Shown: positions 39,641 to 49,913, counted from the stretch's first letter. The stretch: DNA of 64,000 bases from an uncultured Verrucomicrobiae bacterium (GCA_963719495.1 CAVRCI010000002.1:608001-672000), one strand, 5' to 3'. Numbers and translations are program-made. The notes: generated from the sequence alone by a model not told the origin.

Positions 39641-42172
39641 TTGGTCGCGCCCGGCATCGCGTGGACGTCCCAACCGGCTTACTGGGCGGACGATTTCATC
39701 GATTTCGTCGGAATCAACGGCTCGCCGATCCGAACGAAGGTCCTCACGGACGGACCTTTCGCGGGAGCGGGTCGGACGTTTGACCCGCGGATCTTCTACG
39801 ACCTCGGGATCCATCACTATCGGTCGATCCTCAAATACGACCTCACGCTTTCGGACCAGCCCGCGCAGGTGGCGGCGGCCCACCGGCGGAGCGGCGCTCA
39901 GGCGATGATGCTGATCGATCCGCACAAGACGGAGCCGGGCGAGATCGTCGCCCTGCTCAAAAAATATCCGCCGGGATCGATCTCCGCCGTCGAGGGGCCG
40001 AACGAAGTGAACAACAAATTTCCCCCGCAGGATCTCAACCTCGAGTTCGACGGTCGCACCGACGAAGCGGCGGGCGCGGCCTACGTGGACGCCGTGCGGC
40101 GGGCGATGGACGCGGACCCCGCGACGCATGACCTCCCGATCGTCGCGTTCACCGCCATCTTCACCGACTATGGCCTGGCGAGGCCGCACACTGGGTTCGA
40201 TTACGGCGCCATGCATCCGTATCAAGGCTACGACGTGCCGAGTTCCAGCCTGCTGATGAACGAAACGCGCTTCAATAACCTCTACCCCGATGGCGAGACC
40301 ATTCGCCCGTTCGTTCCGACGGAATGTGGCTACAACGTCGAAGCCGACGTGGCCAACGGCACGCTGAAGACGGGCTCGTTGCGGGCGCAAGCCCTGAACA
40401 TCCCGATGCTGCTCGCCGAGTATTTTCGCCATGGGATCAAGCGCGCTTACCGCTTCGCGATTCAGAACACCGACGGCTACGGGTTGCTCGAGGATGATCT
40501 CGAGACCAAGCGCCCCGCGTATTTCGCGCTGAAAAATCTGCTCTCCGAAGTCGCCGACGCGCGGTGGGATTCGAACAAGTTGGCGTGGGAGGGCGGCGGA
40601 AAAGTCGAACCCCGAGTGCTGCTCTTCTCGCTCGAAGGGGCGCCGCCGACGGTCCACACGCTCACTTTGCAGAAAGCCGACGGGACGTGGCTGCTCCTCG
40701 TTTGGAACGAAGTGCGCAACTTCGACTCCGATCAGAAGAAAGACATTTTTCCAGAGCCCGTGCCGGTTTCGCTCCGTCTGCGCACGCCGGTCGAAAGCGG
40801 CACGCGGGTGCTCACTCAGAACGACAAAGGTGCCTGCGATTCGGCCAAGGTCGACGGCGTCGACGGGGTTCTTGGGCTCAAAGTGCCGTCCTCCGTGATG
40901 ATCCTGAAGTTACGACCGAGCGCGGCGGAGCTCGCGGACAAGCTCGCGCCCGCGCCCCCCGGGAGCCTCAGCGGAAGAACGACCGAGAACTGGGTCGAAT
41001 TGAACTGGAACCCGACCGCCGCTCCAGATCTCGGTGGCTATTTCATCTACCGTAATGGGGGACTGATCGGCGAGACCGACGGCACGAGCTTCGTTGATGA
41101 TTCGAGCTGGGTGCGGCCCGGGTTGGGTTATCGCTACGCCGTCCGGGCCTTCGATTCGTCCGGGAACGTCCCGGCGCTCACCGAGTCGACCGTGCGCACG
41201 CCCGACAAACGACCGGATCTCGTCATCACGGACGTCGAAATTCCGGCACCAGAGCCCGGTGGAAAGACGAGGTTCCGTGCCACGGTGCAAAACGTCGGCG
41301 AAGGGGCGACCCCGCGCGACGTTCCGGTTGCGGTCACGTTTTTCGTCGACGGCGAGATCGTCTCGTGGGGCGGCACGGCGGGTGCCTCGCTCGAGGCGGG
41401 CGCAGCGGCAACCTTGGAGGGCGACGGCGGCCCGTCGCCGGATTGGCAAGCGACGTCCGGCGCGCATCTTCTCAGCGTCAAGGTCGACGACGTGAATCGC
41501 GTCTCCGGCGAGTCGAACGAATCGAACAACGTCGCCGACCGGTCGTTCACGGTCGGGACGACGGGCGAGGGGAAACTCGTCGGAGCCAGCGACGCCGCGC
41601 CCTTCGCGATCGATCTCACGCGGGAAGGCACGCTCGATTGGGTCGCGTGGGGTGGAACCGACGCGAGGGTAATCGTCCGAAAAGCGGGTGAGCGAGCGAT
41701 GATCTCGGACGTGACCGAGATGGGCGAAGGATATCTCGACGCGACGTCTGGTGGCGGCACGCGCCTGACTTGGAGCGATGGTCACCCGCAGCGCGGCGAA
41801 GTCGGGACGAATTCGAGCCTGTGGCTGAATGGCGTCGGGCACGGCTACGAATTCTCCGTGCCCGCCGATCAGACCGAGCGAATCCTCCGCGTCGTTGTGG
41901 GCGGGATCGAGGGTGCCCGCGGGAAATTCGTCGCCCACCTCAGCGACGGGAGCGCGCCGGACTACGTCTCGACGACCTGGGACGGCAACGCCGCCTTCGA
42001 ATGGGCACCCGTTCCCGGCAGTATCAACGCCGTTTACACGCTTCGCTTCCGAGCGGCGGCTCCCGACTCGAAGCTCGTCATTCGTTGGATCCTCGACGGT
42101 GAACCCAATCGATTCCTCGGGCAGGCTCGCTTGCAGGCGGCGGCTTTGCGCCTGGCCGACGATCCGCACTGA
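39641..42172 (+). CDS. Clan GH-A-like hydrolase + Fn3 + CARDB (paralog of 4142-6790), signal peptide disrupted by IS4
   Basis: EGPNEVNNKFPPQDLNL, PTECGYN; original start GTG 38295 lies on the other side of the IS. Confidence 0.8.
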   Translation: MVAPGIAWTSQPAYWADDFIDFVGINGSPIRTKVLTDGPFAGAGRTFDPRIFYDLGIHHYRSILKYDLTLSDQPAQVAAAHRRSGAQAMMLIDPHKTEPGEIVALLKKYPPGSISAVEGPNEVNNKFPPQDLNLEFDGRTDEAAGAAYVDAVRRAMDADPATHDLPIVAFTAIFTDYGLARPHTGFDYGAMHPYQGYDVPSSSLLMNETRFNNLYPDGETIRPFVPTECGYNVEADVANGTLKTGSLRAQALNIPMLLAEYFRHGIKRAYRFAIQNTDGYGLLEDDLETKRPAYFALKNLLSEVADARWDSNKLAWEGGGKVEPRVLLFSLEGAPPTVHTLTLQKADGTWLLLVWNEVRNFDSDQKKDIFPEPVPVSLRLRTPVESGTRVLTQNDKGACDSAKVDGVDGVLGLKVPSSVMILKLRPSAAELADKLAPAPPGSLSGRTTENWVELNWNPTAAPDLGGYFIYRNGGLIGETDGTSFVDDSSWVRPGLGYRYAVRAFDSSGNVPALTESTVRTPDKRPDLVITDVEIPAPEPGGKTRFRATVQNVGEGATPRDVPVAVTFFVDGEIVSWGGTAGASLEAGAAATLEGDGGPSPDWQATSGAHLLSVKVDDVNRVSGESNESNNVADRSFTVGTTGEGKLVGASDAAPFAIDLTREGTLDWVAWGGTDARVIVRKAGERAMISDVTEMGEGYLDATSGGGTRLTWSDGHPQRGEVGTNSSLWLNGVGHGYEFSVPADQTERILRVVVGGIEGARGKFVAHLSDGSAPDYVSTTWDGNAAFEWAPVPGSINAVYTLRFRAAAPDSKLVIRWILDGEPNRFLGQARLQAAALRLADDPH

Positions 42173-42179
42173 TCGGGAC

Positions 42180-42968
42180 TCAACGCAGTCGGCTCGGCGC
42201 GATCCCGCGAAAACGCCGGAACTGACGGCTGAAAAAATACACGTCCCGATACCCCAATCGGCTGGCGATCCGCTGAATGCTGAAGTCCGTCTCGCGCAGA
42301 TAATATTCCGCCCGGCCAAGCCGCTCCTCGACGAGAAATCGATTCGGAGTGAGCCGCGACATCGCGCGGAATCTCCGGGAGAACTGCGACTCCGACAGCC
42401 CGGCGAGCTTCGCCATCTCGGCCACCGAATAGGCCGCAGCCGGATTCCGGCGAATGCGCTCGATGATCTGAACGATCGCGAGACCGGTCGGATCCTCGCC
42501 GGGCCGGGTCCGCTCGAACGCCAGACTCCGGAGCAGCAGATCTAGTCCCGATCCCACGACGTCGCGGGACTCAGCGGGGCCGTGATAGAACGTTTCCGAA
42601 AGATAGCGACAGAGATGGGAAGCCCAGATGAAGTTGCGCAGACGGACCGGTTGCCCCGCGTGCGCCCAGCGATCCAAACCCTCCGCGGCTCGTCCGGTCG
42701 CGTGAAGGTGCGCGGAAAAATTTGTGAGGCGCAGCCCACCCGTCGACCGCCCGATCGTCGGAAGGCTCGCGGGAAAAAGGATCATCGACCCAGCGGAAAA
42801 GGAATGTCGCGTCCCCGCGTGCTCGAACGTCCCTTCTCCCTCGAGTGCGAGCCACAAGTTGTGGTGATCCGTCGCGTCTCGCTTCCACGACCACCCCGCC
42901 GCGTGTTCGAGGATCGCAACTTGCGGGATTTCCACCGGCAGGCCGAGGATCGGAAGATTCACGCGCAT
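42180..42968 (-). CDS. AraC-family transcriptional regulator
   Basis: N-terminal cupin; SVAEMAKLAGLSESQFSRRF...IASRLGYRDVYFFSRQF. Confidence 0.9.
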   Translation of the reverse strand: MRVNLPILGLPVEIPQVAILEHAAGWSWKRDATDHHNLWLALEGEGTFEHAGTRHSFSAGSMILFPASLPTIGRSTGGLRLTNFSAHLHATGRAAEGLDRWAHAGQPVRLRNFIWASHLCRYLSETFYHGPAESRDVVGSGLDLLLRSLAFERTRPGEDPTGLAIVQIIERIRRNPAAAYSVAEMAKLAGLSESQFSRRFRAMSRLTPNRFLVEERLGRAEYYLRETDFSIQRIASRLGYRDVYFFSRQFRRFRGIAPSRLR

Positions 42969-43039
42969 GCCGGAATAGTGCAAAAACTGGAAGGCAAAGT
43001 CCATTGTCGAGCGGGTCGCTCGCAGTCTACCTTTGGCGC

Positions 43040-44209
43040 ATGAGTGAGTCTTCCCCGGTGCGTATCGGCATCATCGGTCTTGGCAACATGGGCACTTCGC
43101 ACGCGAAGACCATCCTTGCCGGCAGCGTCCCCGACCTTGAACTCGCGGCTGTCGCCGACCTCGATCCGGCTCGGCTCGAGAAATACCCCGACCTCGAGCG
43201 CTTCGAAGACGCGATGGCTTTGATGAGCAGCGGGAAAGTCGACGCCGTGCTGATCGCCACGCCGCACTACAGCCACACGCCACTCGGAGTCGCGGCGCTC
43301 CAGGCCGGGCTGCATGTCCTCGTCGAGAAACCGATCTCGGTGCACAAGCAAGAATGCGAAGAACTCATCGCCGCTTACCGACCGGAGTCTGGCCAAATTT
43401 TTGCCGCCATGTTCAATCAGCGCACCGACCCGCGCTACCGCAAGCTCCGGGAGCTGATCCACGACGGCACGCTGGGGACGATCCGGCGGATCAATTGGAT
43501 CATCACCGACTGGTTTCGCACCGAGAGTTACTACCAATCCGGCGGCTGGCGCGCGACGTGGGCGGGCGAGGGCGGGGGCGTCCTGCTCAACCAATGCCCG
43601 CACAACCTCGATCTTTGGCAGTGGCTCTTCGGGATGCCGGACCGCGTGATCGCCCGCTGCCAGATCGGACGTTTTCACGACATCGAAGTCGAGGATTCCG
43701 TCACCGCGATGTTGGAATACGAAAGCGGCGTTCAGGGTGTCTTTGTGACAACGACGGGAGAGGCCCCGGGAACGAACCGCCTCGAAGTGGTCGCCGAGAA
43801 CGGCAAAATCGTCATCAGCAACGACCAACCCGGGCTCGTCTTCACGCGCAACGAGCGTCCGAGCAGCGCGTTTTCCCGCGAGTCGACTTCGAGCTTCGCG
43901 AAACCCGACGTCTGGGACGTCTCGATCGGCGTCCACGGCAACGGCGAGCAACATCTCGGGATTCTAAAAAATTTCACTGCGGCCATCCGGGGCGAGGAGG
44001 CGTTGGTCGCTCCCGCGGAGGACGGGATTCATTCCGTCGAGTTGGCGAACGCGATGCTCCTCTCCAGTTTCCGCGACCAACCCATCTCGATTCCCGTCGA
44101 CGGAGCCGAATACGCGGCCGAGTTGAAAAAAAAAATCGAATCCTCGACGTTCCGGAAAGCGGAGCCGACGAAGACCAACTCGGTTGATGATTTCTCGAAG
44201 AGCTTTTAG
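43040..44209 (+). CDS. Gfo/Idh/MocA oxidoreductase
   Basis: GIIGLGNMG, ATPH, HVLVEKP, GGGVLLNQCPHNLD. Confidence 0.92.
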   Translation: MSESSPVRIGIIGLGNMGTSHAKTILAGSVPDLELAAVADLDPARLEKYPDLERFEDAMALMSSGKVDAVLIATPHYSHTPLGVAALQAGLHVLVEKPISVHKQECEELIAAYRPESGQIFAAMFNQRTDPRYRKLRELIHDGTLGTIRRINWIITDWFRTESYYQSGGWRATWAGEGGGVLLNQCPHNLDLWQWLFGMPDRVIARCQIGRFHDIEVEDSVTAMLEYESGVQGVFVTTTGEAPGTNRLEVVAENGKIVISNDQPGLVFTRNERPSSAFSRESTSSFAKPDVWDVSIGVHGNGEQHLGILKNFTAAIRGEEALVAPAEDGIHSVELANAMLLSSFRDQPISIPVDGAEYAAELKKKIESSTFRKAEPTKTNSVDDFSKSF

Positions 44210-44245
44210 GCGGACCGCAATCCGCAAACCCAAACGATTTTTATT

Positions 44246-45340
44246 ATGAGCAGAGACGGAATGAATTACCTGCCGGAGATCAAATCGGCCCCCGTGGTGA
44301 AACCCGGCGAGTTCGTGTTCGCGGCGTCGCACTTCGACCACGGCCACATCTACGCGCAGGTCCGCAGCCTCGTCAACGCGGGTGGCGTCTGCCGCGCGAT
44401 CTTCGAGCCTCGCGCCGAGAAGCTCGAAGGGCTAAAGGATCTCATCGAGAGCGGCACGAAGGTCGTGCAATCCTTCGAGGAACTTCTCGACGATCCGGAA
44501 ATTCAGGTCGTCACGTCCGCCGCAATCCCGAACGAACGGGCCGACATCGGTCTCCGCGTCCTCGACGCGGGGAAAGACTATCTCACGGACAAAGCGCCCT
44601 TTACCACACTCGGACAACTGGAAGCCGTTCGGGCGAAAGTCGCCGCCGTGAACAATCGCTACATGGTGTGTTACTCGGAGCGCCTTTGCAGCGAATCCGC
44701 GTGGCAGGCCGGCGAACTGATCCGCCAAGGAGCGATCGGTCGCGTCCTTCAAGTCCTCAACCTCGCACCGCACAACCTCGCGGCGTCGACTCGACCGGAA
44801 TGGTTTTTCGAGAAGGAGCGATACGGCGGAATCCTCACCGACATCGGGTCTCACCAATTCGAGCAATTCCTCACCTACAGCGGGGCCAGCGACGGAACGA
44901 TCAATTTCGCGCGAGTCGAAAATTTCGGCAATCCGGAGCATCCCGGTCTGGAAGATTTCGGCGAAGCCTCGCTCACTCTCGATACCGGAGCCTCGGCCTA
45001 TTGCCGGATCGATTGGTTCAACCCGAAAGCCTCGCGCACGTGGGGTGACGGTCGGACTTTCGTCCTCGGAGACAAAGGTTACTTGGAACTGCGCAAATAC
45101 ATCGACGTCGCGCGGGATGGCGGTGGCGACCAAATTTTCCTCGTCAACGACGATACGGAATCCGAGATCGAGTGCCGGGGTAAAGTCGGGTTTCCGTTCT
45201 TTGGAAAGTTCATCCTCGACGTCCTCAACCGCACCGAGCACGCGATGACCCAAACCCACGCGCTCAAAGCCGCCGAACTCTCACTCCAAGCGCAGGTGAT
45301 GGCTGACGGGGGCAATGCGCTTACCCGCCAGAGCGCGTGA
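44246..45340 (+). CDS. Gfo/Idh/MocA oxidoreductase
   Basis: DHGHI, GKDYLTDK, YGGILTDIGSHQ. Confidence 0.88.
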   Translation: MSRDGMNYLPEIKSAPVVKPGEFVFAASHFDHGHIYAQVRSLVNAGGVCRAIFEPRAEKLEGLKDLIESGTKVVQSFEELLDDPEIQVVTSAAIPNERADIGLRVLDAGKDYLTDKAPFTTLGQLEAVRAKVAAVNNRYMVCYSERLCSESAWQAGELIRQGAIGRVLQVLNLAPHNLAASTRPEWFFEKERYGGILTDIGSHQFEQFLTYSGASDGTINFARVENFGNPEHPGLEDFGEASLTLDTGASAYCRIDWFNPKASRTWGDGRTFVLGDKGYLELRKYIDVARDGGGDQIFLVNDDTESEIECRGKVGFPFFGKFILDVLNRTEHAMTQTHALKAAELSLQAQVMADGGNALTRQSA

Positions 45341-45342
45341 GC

Positions 45343-46770
45343 CTATAATGGAAAATCGCTGAGGAGAGCGTAAAGCGCGTAGCGTTAGCGGGATGCAGAT
45401 CGCTGATGCGCAGGAGTCGACTCACCCAGAGGGTGAGTCGAAATAGCAGATGGAAGGGGAGGCTGGCCGGAGGATACGCCGGAAGGGAGGTATTAGGCGG
45501 AAGGGGACGAGACGACGCCGGTGACGCAAGAGGGATACTTGATTTTCTTTTTCCAGTTTTTGGAGGCGGGCGGAAGGTGGTAGGAGTTTCTGTCGGCGTG
45601 CCAGTAGAGGCATGCAGGCATCGATGTCACGGTCAAGCCGCTCTTCGACCGACAGGAAGGAGCGCGCATCGGTTACAACCCGCAGAAGCCCGGTCGTCCC
45701 CGTCACTCCTATCACAGTTACTTCGTGGCCAATTTGAGGATGAGCCTGGGAGTGGAAGTCCTTCCGCGCAACGAACACGCCGGGGCGCGGGTGCCGCCTG
45801 GCTGGTCGGAGACATTGGAAGAACTTCCCCGCCACCGCTGGCCGACGTTGGCCCGCGGCGATTGCGGCTGCGGCAACGAAGCGGTGATGCTTGAGTGTGA
45901 CGAACGGGGCCTGCCCTACCTCTTCAAGCTGCGGCACACGGCTAAAGTCAAAACGTTGGTCCAGACCATCATGAGGGCTGGAGCGGCGTGGGAAGGTTGC
46001 GGCGATGGCTGGCAGGCCCTGGAGAGTTCGATCCGTTTGAGTGGTTGGACGTGCGCTCGCCGAGTCGTGCGCGTCCGTGAAAGTCCAGCTCGGGCACCGA
46101 TTCGCGAACCCGACAGGCCCCGGCGCGGTAAGAATCGCCCCAAGCTCAAGGCGAAGGCTGGGACTCCCAAGCAACCCCTTGGAGCGGTAAGTTCGCCATT
46201 CTGAATACTTCACTAGACCCCCTAGCCCACCCCGGCCGCGTCATGGCCGAGCATTACCGCCAACGCGCCGACGCCGAACCGAAGCGCAGATAGACCGCCG
46301 CAGGCAGCCCGAAGGGTGGAGCGCGGCGACATCAGAACGCCGTCGACGAGCTTAAAAAACCGTGGAGCTAGAGGGGTTTCACCTCGCATCGTCTGGCATC
46401 CTGCCGCCTGATGGCCAACCGCATCGCCCCCTTTTGCCGCTGGTGGTGCCTCTCCCTACGCTTCTACGACGATGAGCATCACCGTGAAGCCATCCACTCC
46501 CGACCCATTCTCAAGGCCGGAGTCGCCCGCCAGATCAAGAGCGCCGGTCAGCGCACCGTGCGCGAGAGTATCCTGCACGAAATAGGACATCTCATCGCCC
46601 ACGCCCTCACCCAGATCAGCAACGAGATCGCCTTCATCAGTTCCATCACGGAGCGATGAACCGTGTCCCAACGCTGGCCCCTGCTCCTGACCCGCCTTTT
46701 GTGCCGCTGGCTCGGTGGGAAATAGCTCTCCGAACTGCCTCCCGACACGGCCCTGCTCCTTAGCGGGTGA
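45343..46770 (+). pseudogene. Degraded IS1380-family transposase
   Basis: Fragments THPEGE, PVTQEGYLIFFFQFL, GYNPQKPGRP, RGDCGCGNE, RADAEN..DELK with stops, frameshifts and a large internal deletion. Confidence 0.8.
46278..46334. repeat. 57-bp palindromic miniature insert inside the IS1380 remnant
   Basis: Removing it restores GCC GAG AAC (RADAEN motif); hairpin core CCCGAAGGG. Confidence 0.65.
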
Positions 46771-46962
46771 GAAATCATCCCGGACTTCACCCCCTGATCC
46801 CCGAATCCCGCGAGTCCTCCTTCTTGGCGCTGCTCCTACTCGCCCATTTTCTTCTTTTGGGTGAAAAAGTCGTTAGGCGTTGGATTCGCCGAGTTGCTTG
46901 ATTAGAGCACGGTAGGCAACAATTTTGAGATGTGTATTCGTTGAAAGCGGCTGCTACCCGCC

Positions 46963-48294
46963 CTACGCGAAGACGAAGGAATCGGGTTTGATGGTGTCCC
47001 GAGCAATCCGGCTCAGATAGGCCTCTAGCCAGCGGTTGTGTTTGCCGGAGGCGCTAGCTTGGCGGGCAAGAGCGGTCAGCTTGGCCTTCGGAAGGGCGGT
47101 GAGATTGAGCTCCTTGCGGATGAGTGTGATGCGCTCTGCGAACTCTTCGACGGTGAGCGGTTCCAGGATGAGGAGGTCGGCGTTAAACCGGAAAAGTAGC
47201 TCATCGGGGATCGCGGTTTGGGAATCGAGATCGATGGACCAATCGGTTTCGGCGGAGGAATCGGCCTTGAAACCCATCGAGCGGGATTTGCAGGAGTAAA
47301 GGTTTTGCCAGGTGCCAGCGCCGACGATGAAAAAATTGTCCCGAAACTTCGCCGCGAGTTCGTCAGTCCATTCGGAGAACGGTTCCGTGCGCCCGTCGAG
47401 AACGGCGAAGACTTCCTGACGCAGATGTAGACTCCAATCGGACGAGCCGTTGAGCTTGTCGACTTCGTCGATGAATAGGAGACCGCGGTCATTCGCTTTG
47501 ACGAATGCGGCCAAAGCTTGGGGAGTCGACGGCGCTTGGCGGGCGCTCTCGAGAATCCATGAGCCGCAGTCCGTTCCCATGAAGGCAAGGTTCTGATCGG
47601 CGGAAAACCGGTTCACGAGAGCCGTCTTGCCGGAGCCGGACGGTCCGACGATGAGCGGAATGGGCCGCGTGTCGTAACCCGCCGCGCGGATACGCTTGCG
47701 CTTCATCGCGTAAAACCCCTGGAGCTTGGCTAGCAGCAGCCGTTGCGACTGACTGAGCTGGAAAGATTGACTGGCCGCGGATGGTTTTGGCTGGGTGCGC
47801 TTGAAAAGTCCGACGGCGACGTGTTCGCTGAACGAAATGCGACTCCAACCGACGAGATCAAACGGAGGAAGTGAGCGGGCATCCGGGGAGCGTGTCCAGA
47901 CGAGTGTCATGGGTGTATGCAGATCGAGCTTTAGCAGCGCAGCGATGAGATCGGCGCGAATCGGCAGGTTGTTTGCGAGCCCTGCCTCAAGAGTGTCGGC
48001 GATCAGAAGAACGGTCGCGCGTTCAACTTCGAGCGACACGGGCTTCGTAGCAAAGATGGCATTCAAGTAGCTGAAAACGTGACCGGTGAGTCCGAATCTG
48101 TCGTGGGATTCATTTCCGAGCTGATACAGCGGTCCGCGGTTGTCGCTCGCTCCGATTTTCCAATTGATAACGCGCTCACGGAGGTAGGCGACGTAACAGC
48201 GGAGTTGGACGGTGAGGGCCTTGGCCTCGGCTTCACTGGTGCCGAGATTGTAGGCGATGAGGTCCTTGGTGAGTTCAGTTGTGGTGTTGTTCAT
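46963..48294 (-). CDS. AAA+ ATPase (ClpX/HslU-like motifs) with unknown N-terminal domain
   Basis: LIVGPSGSGKT, LLFIDEVDKL, RQEVFAVLDG, IPDELLFRF. Confidence 0.8.
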   Translation of the reverse strand: MNNTTTELTKDLIAYNLGTSEAEAKALTVQLRCYVAYLRERVINWKIGASDNRGPLYQLGNESHDRFGLTGHVFSYLNAIFATKPVSLEVERATVLLIADTLEAGLANNLPIRADLIAALLKLDLHTPMTLVWTRSPDARSLPPFDLVGWSRISFSEHVAVGLFKRTQPKPSAASQSFQLSQSQRLLLAKLQGFYAMKRKRIRAAGYDTRPIPLIVGPSGSGKTALVNRFSADQNLAFMGTDCGSWILESARQAPSTPQALAAFVKANDRGLLFIDEVDKLNGSSDWSLHLRQEVFAVLDGRTEPFSEWTDELAAKFRDNFFIVGAGTWQNLYSCKSRSMGFKADSSAETDWSIDLDSQTAIPDELLFRFNADLLILEPLTVEEFAERITLIRKELNLTALPKAKLTALARQASASGKHNRWLEAYLSRIARDTIKPDSFVFA

Positions 48295-48342
48295 ACTCCG
48301 CCGAGATACGGAGGTACGTTTTCCACGTTGGGCTTGGGTCGG

Positions 48343-49128
48343 CTACTCGGCGCAGCCGTAACGGCTCGCCCAGAACCGCGCGGTCGCGAGGATCTCGTCG
48401 CCGAAGTCGTCCGGCCACTTCGCGTCGACGTAGAGGTCGATTTGGCGACTCCAGTAGAGACGGGGACCAGCGGGTGTTTCGAAGAGTGACGTCTGGGGCC
48501 AGCGCAATCGGGCGAGGTAGCGGTTAGTTGAAAGCTTGCGCCCATCGCGGCGGGCGGCGACCAGCCGCGTCAGACGGTCGCTGGCCTCGCGACGGCTCAG
48601 ATCGGGATGCACGATCCGGGGCCGGAATAGTCGCTCGTTGAACGGACGAAGGTCATCGATCAGCCCCAGGAATTGCAGCCGCGCTTGATCAGGCTGGCTG
48701 TGCCGGGAAAGAATGTGGGCAACCTCCGCTGCCAGTCCAATTGTCGCCTCGACGCACAGAGTATCGTCGGGATGCGAGAGCAGGTAGTCCGCGATGCGGC
48801 TGTCCTCGAGAGTGCGCAATGCTAATTCTTGGCGGTAGTCGTCGAGCTGACGCTCCCATCTTGGATCCGGTGAAGCTGCGTAGAACGCCCGGTTGCCGAT
48901 AAGTCCGATCTGGTGCACGCGCGGCACACTCAGCACGCTGTTACGAGCGGCAGCGAGGAGCTGTTGGCCGAGACGCTTGAGCAAATCGGGTCGAAGCTCC
49001 GGGCGGCGAGCGAAATAGATCTGCAGGTCCTGACTACAGACCGGTCGCGCGAGTTCCTCCGAAAGGACGCGCACGGATTCGATGAGCCGTGCCTTCTGCG
49101 AACGGAGATGAACCTGCAAAATACTCAC
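48343..49128 (-). CDS. Hypothetical protein, possibly DNA-binding, coupled to the TnsC-like gene
   Basis: GTGA start/stop overlap; 261 aa; no CxxC zinc-finger pairs; helix-helix-wing-like N-terminus (inferred). Confidence 0.65.
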   Translation of the reverse strand: MSILQVHLRSQKARLIESVRVLSEELARPVCSQDLQIYFARRPELRPDLLKRLGQQLLAAARNSVLSVPRVHQIGLIGNRAFYAASPDPRWERQLDDYRQELALRTLEDSRIADYLLSHPDDTLCVEATIGLAAEVAHILSRHSQPDQARLQFLGLIDDLRPFNERLFRPRIVHPDLSRREASDRLTRLVAARRDGRKLSTNRYLARLRWPQTSLFETPAGPRLYWSRQIDLYVDAKWPDDFGDEILATARFWASRYGCAE

Positions 49129-49913
49129 TCGGTGATCAGGTCGCGGAGAACGGTGCTCACCCGTTCCTCATCGACTTCGGCGGTGCCGTGCCGAAGAACG
49201 TAGAGCCGGGCAAAGTAGTTTAGTCGTCTAAGGCTGCCACCGGTCCCGGCGTGGATCAGGGACGCGGTTCTGCGCGCGGTTTTGTCGCCGGAGTTGATGC
49301 GGATGGCGAGTTCGTCGAAGACTGGACTCCACTGACGAAGGGTCGCCAAGCTGAGCGCTGCGGAAAGCGGTTTCCCGTGACAGCAACGCAGTGTGCGGGA
49401 CATCCCCGGAGCGTAATGAGCCAACCAAGTTGCCAATTCAGTGTTGCCGCAGAGAATGGCGCTGAGCCCGTAGTCATCCGAGTGGGCCGCGTCCACCATG
49501 GCGATGAAACCTTTCAGGCCGTCCAAGGGCCAGTGATCGGCTTCGTCGACGAGGAGGAGTTTGATTTCACGGGCTCGAATCTCGCGCAGGGCGAGCTTGA
49601 TGAGCACCTGCAGCGTCAATCCGCTTGGAATCGTGGAACTTCGAATCCCGATGGCGTGCAGAAAATCCCGCACGCATCGCGTGTGGCCCTCCGTTTGATA
49701 CGCGCGAAAGTAGAAGCAATTTGATCCGGGACGACTGAGCTTCCGCTCGACTGATCGGAGCGCGACCGTCTTGCCGATTCCGCTGGGGCCGGTGACCGCT
49801 CCCAGACAGCCGAGCTGGAGGCAATCACTGGCGAGAATTTCGACTTCCTCAAGCAGGGGAATCGTTACGATCCGCTCAAGGGTTGGTTCGGGAGTAGTCG
49901 GAGAGTCTTTCAT
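49125..49913 (-). CDS. TnsC/MuB/TniB-like AAA+ transposition ATPase
   Basis: Walker A GPSGIGKT, Walker B LLLVDEAD, TGGSLRRL sensor; directly downstream of the transposase. Confidence 0.85.
   Translation of the reverse strand: MKDSPTTPEPTLERIVTIPLLEEVEILASDCLQLGCLGAVTGPSGIGKTVALRSVERKLSRPGSNCFYFRAYQTEGHTRCVRDFLHAIGIRSSTIPSGLTLQVLIKLALREIRAREIKLLLVDEADHWPLDGLKGFIAMVDAAHSDDYGLSAILCGNTELATWLAHYAPGMSRTLRCCHGKPLSAALSLATLRQWSPVFDELAIRINSGDKTARRTASLIHAGTGGSLRRLNYFARLYVLRHGTAEVDEERVSTVLRDLITE

Noticed and set aside
44126..44135. A10 tract as a phase-variation switch
   Set aside because: It encodes KKK near the C-terminus, so slippage would alter only the last ~25 residues.
46800..46960. Terminal TG...CA inverted ends, TSD or tRNA att site for the hybrid element
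   Set aside because: No convincing pairing with 56340-56890 found by eye and no tRNA seen; ends left undetermined.
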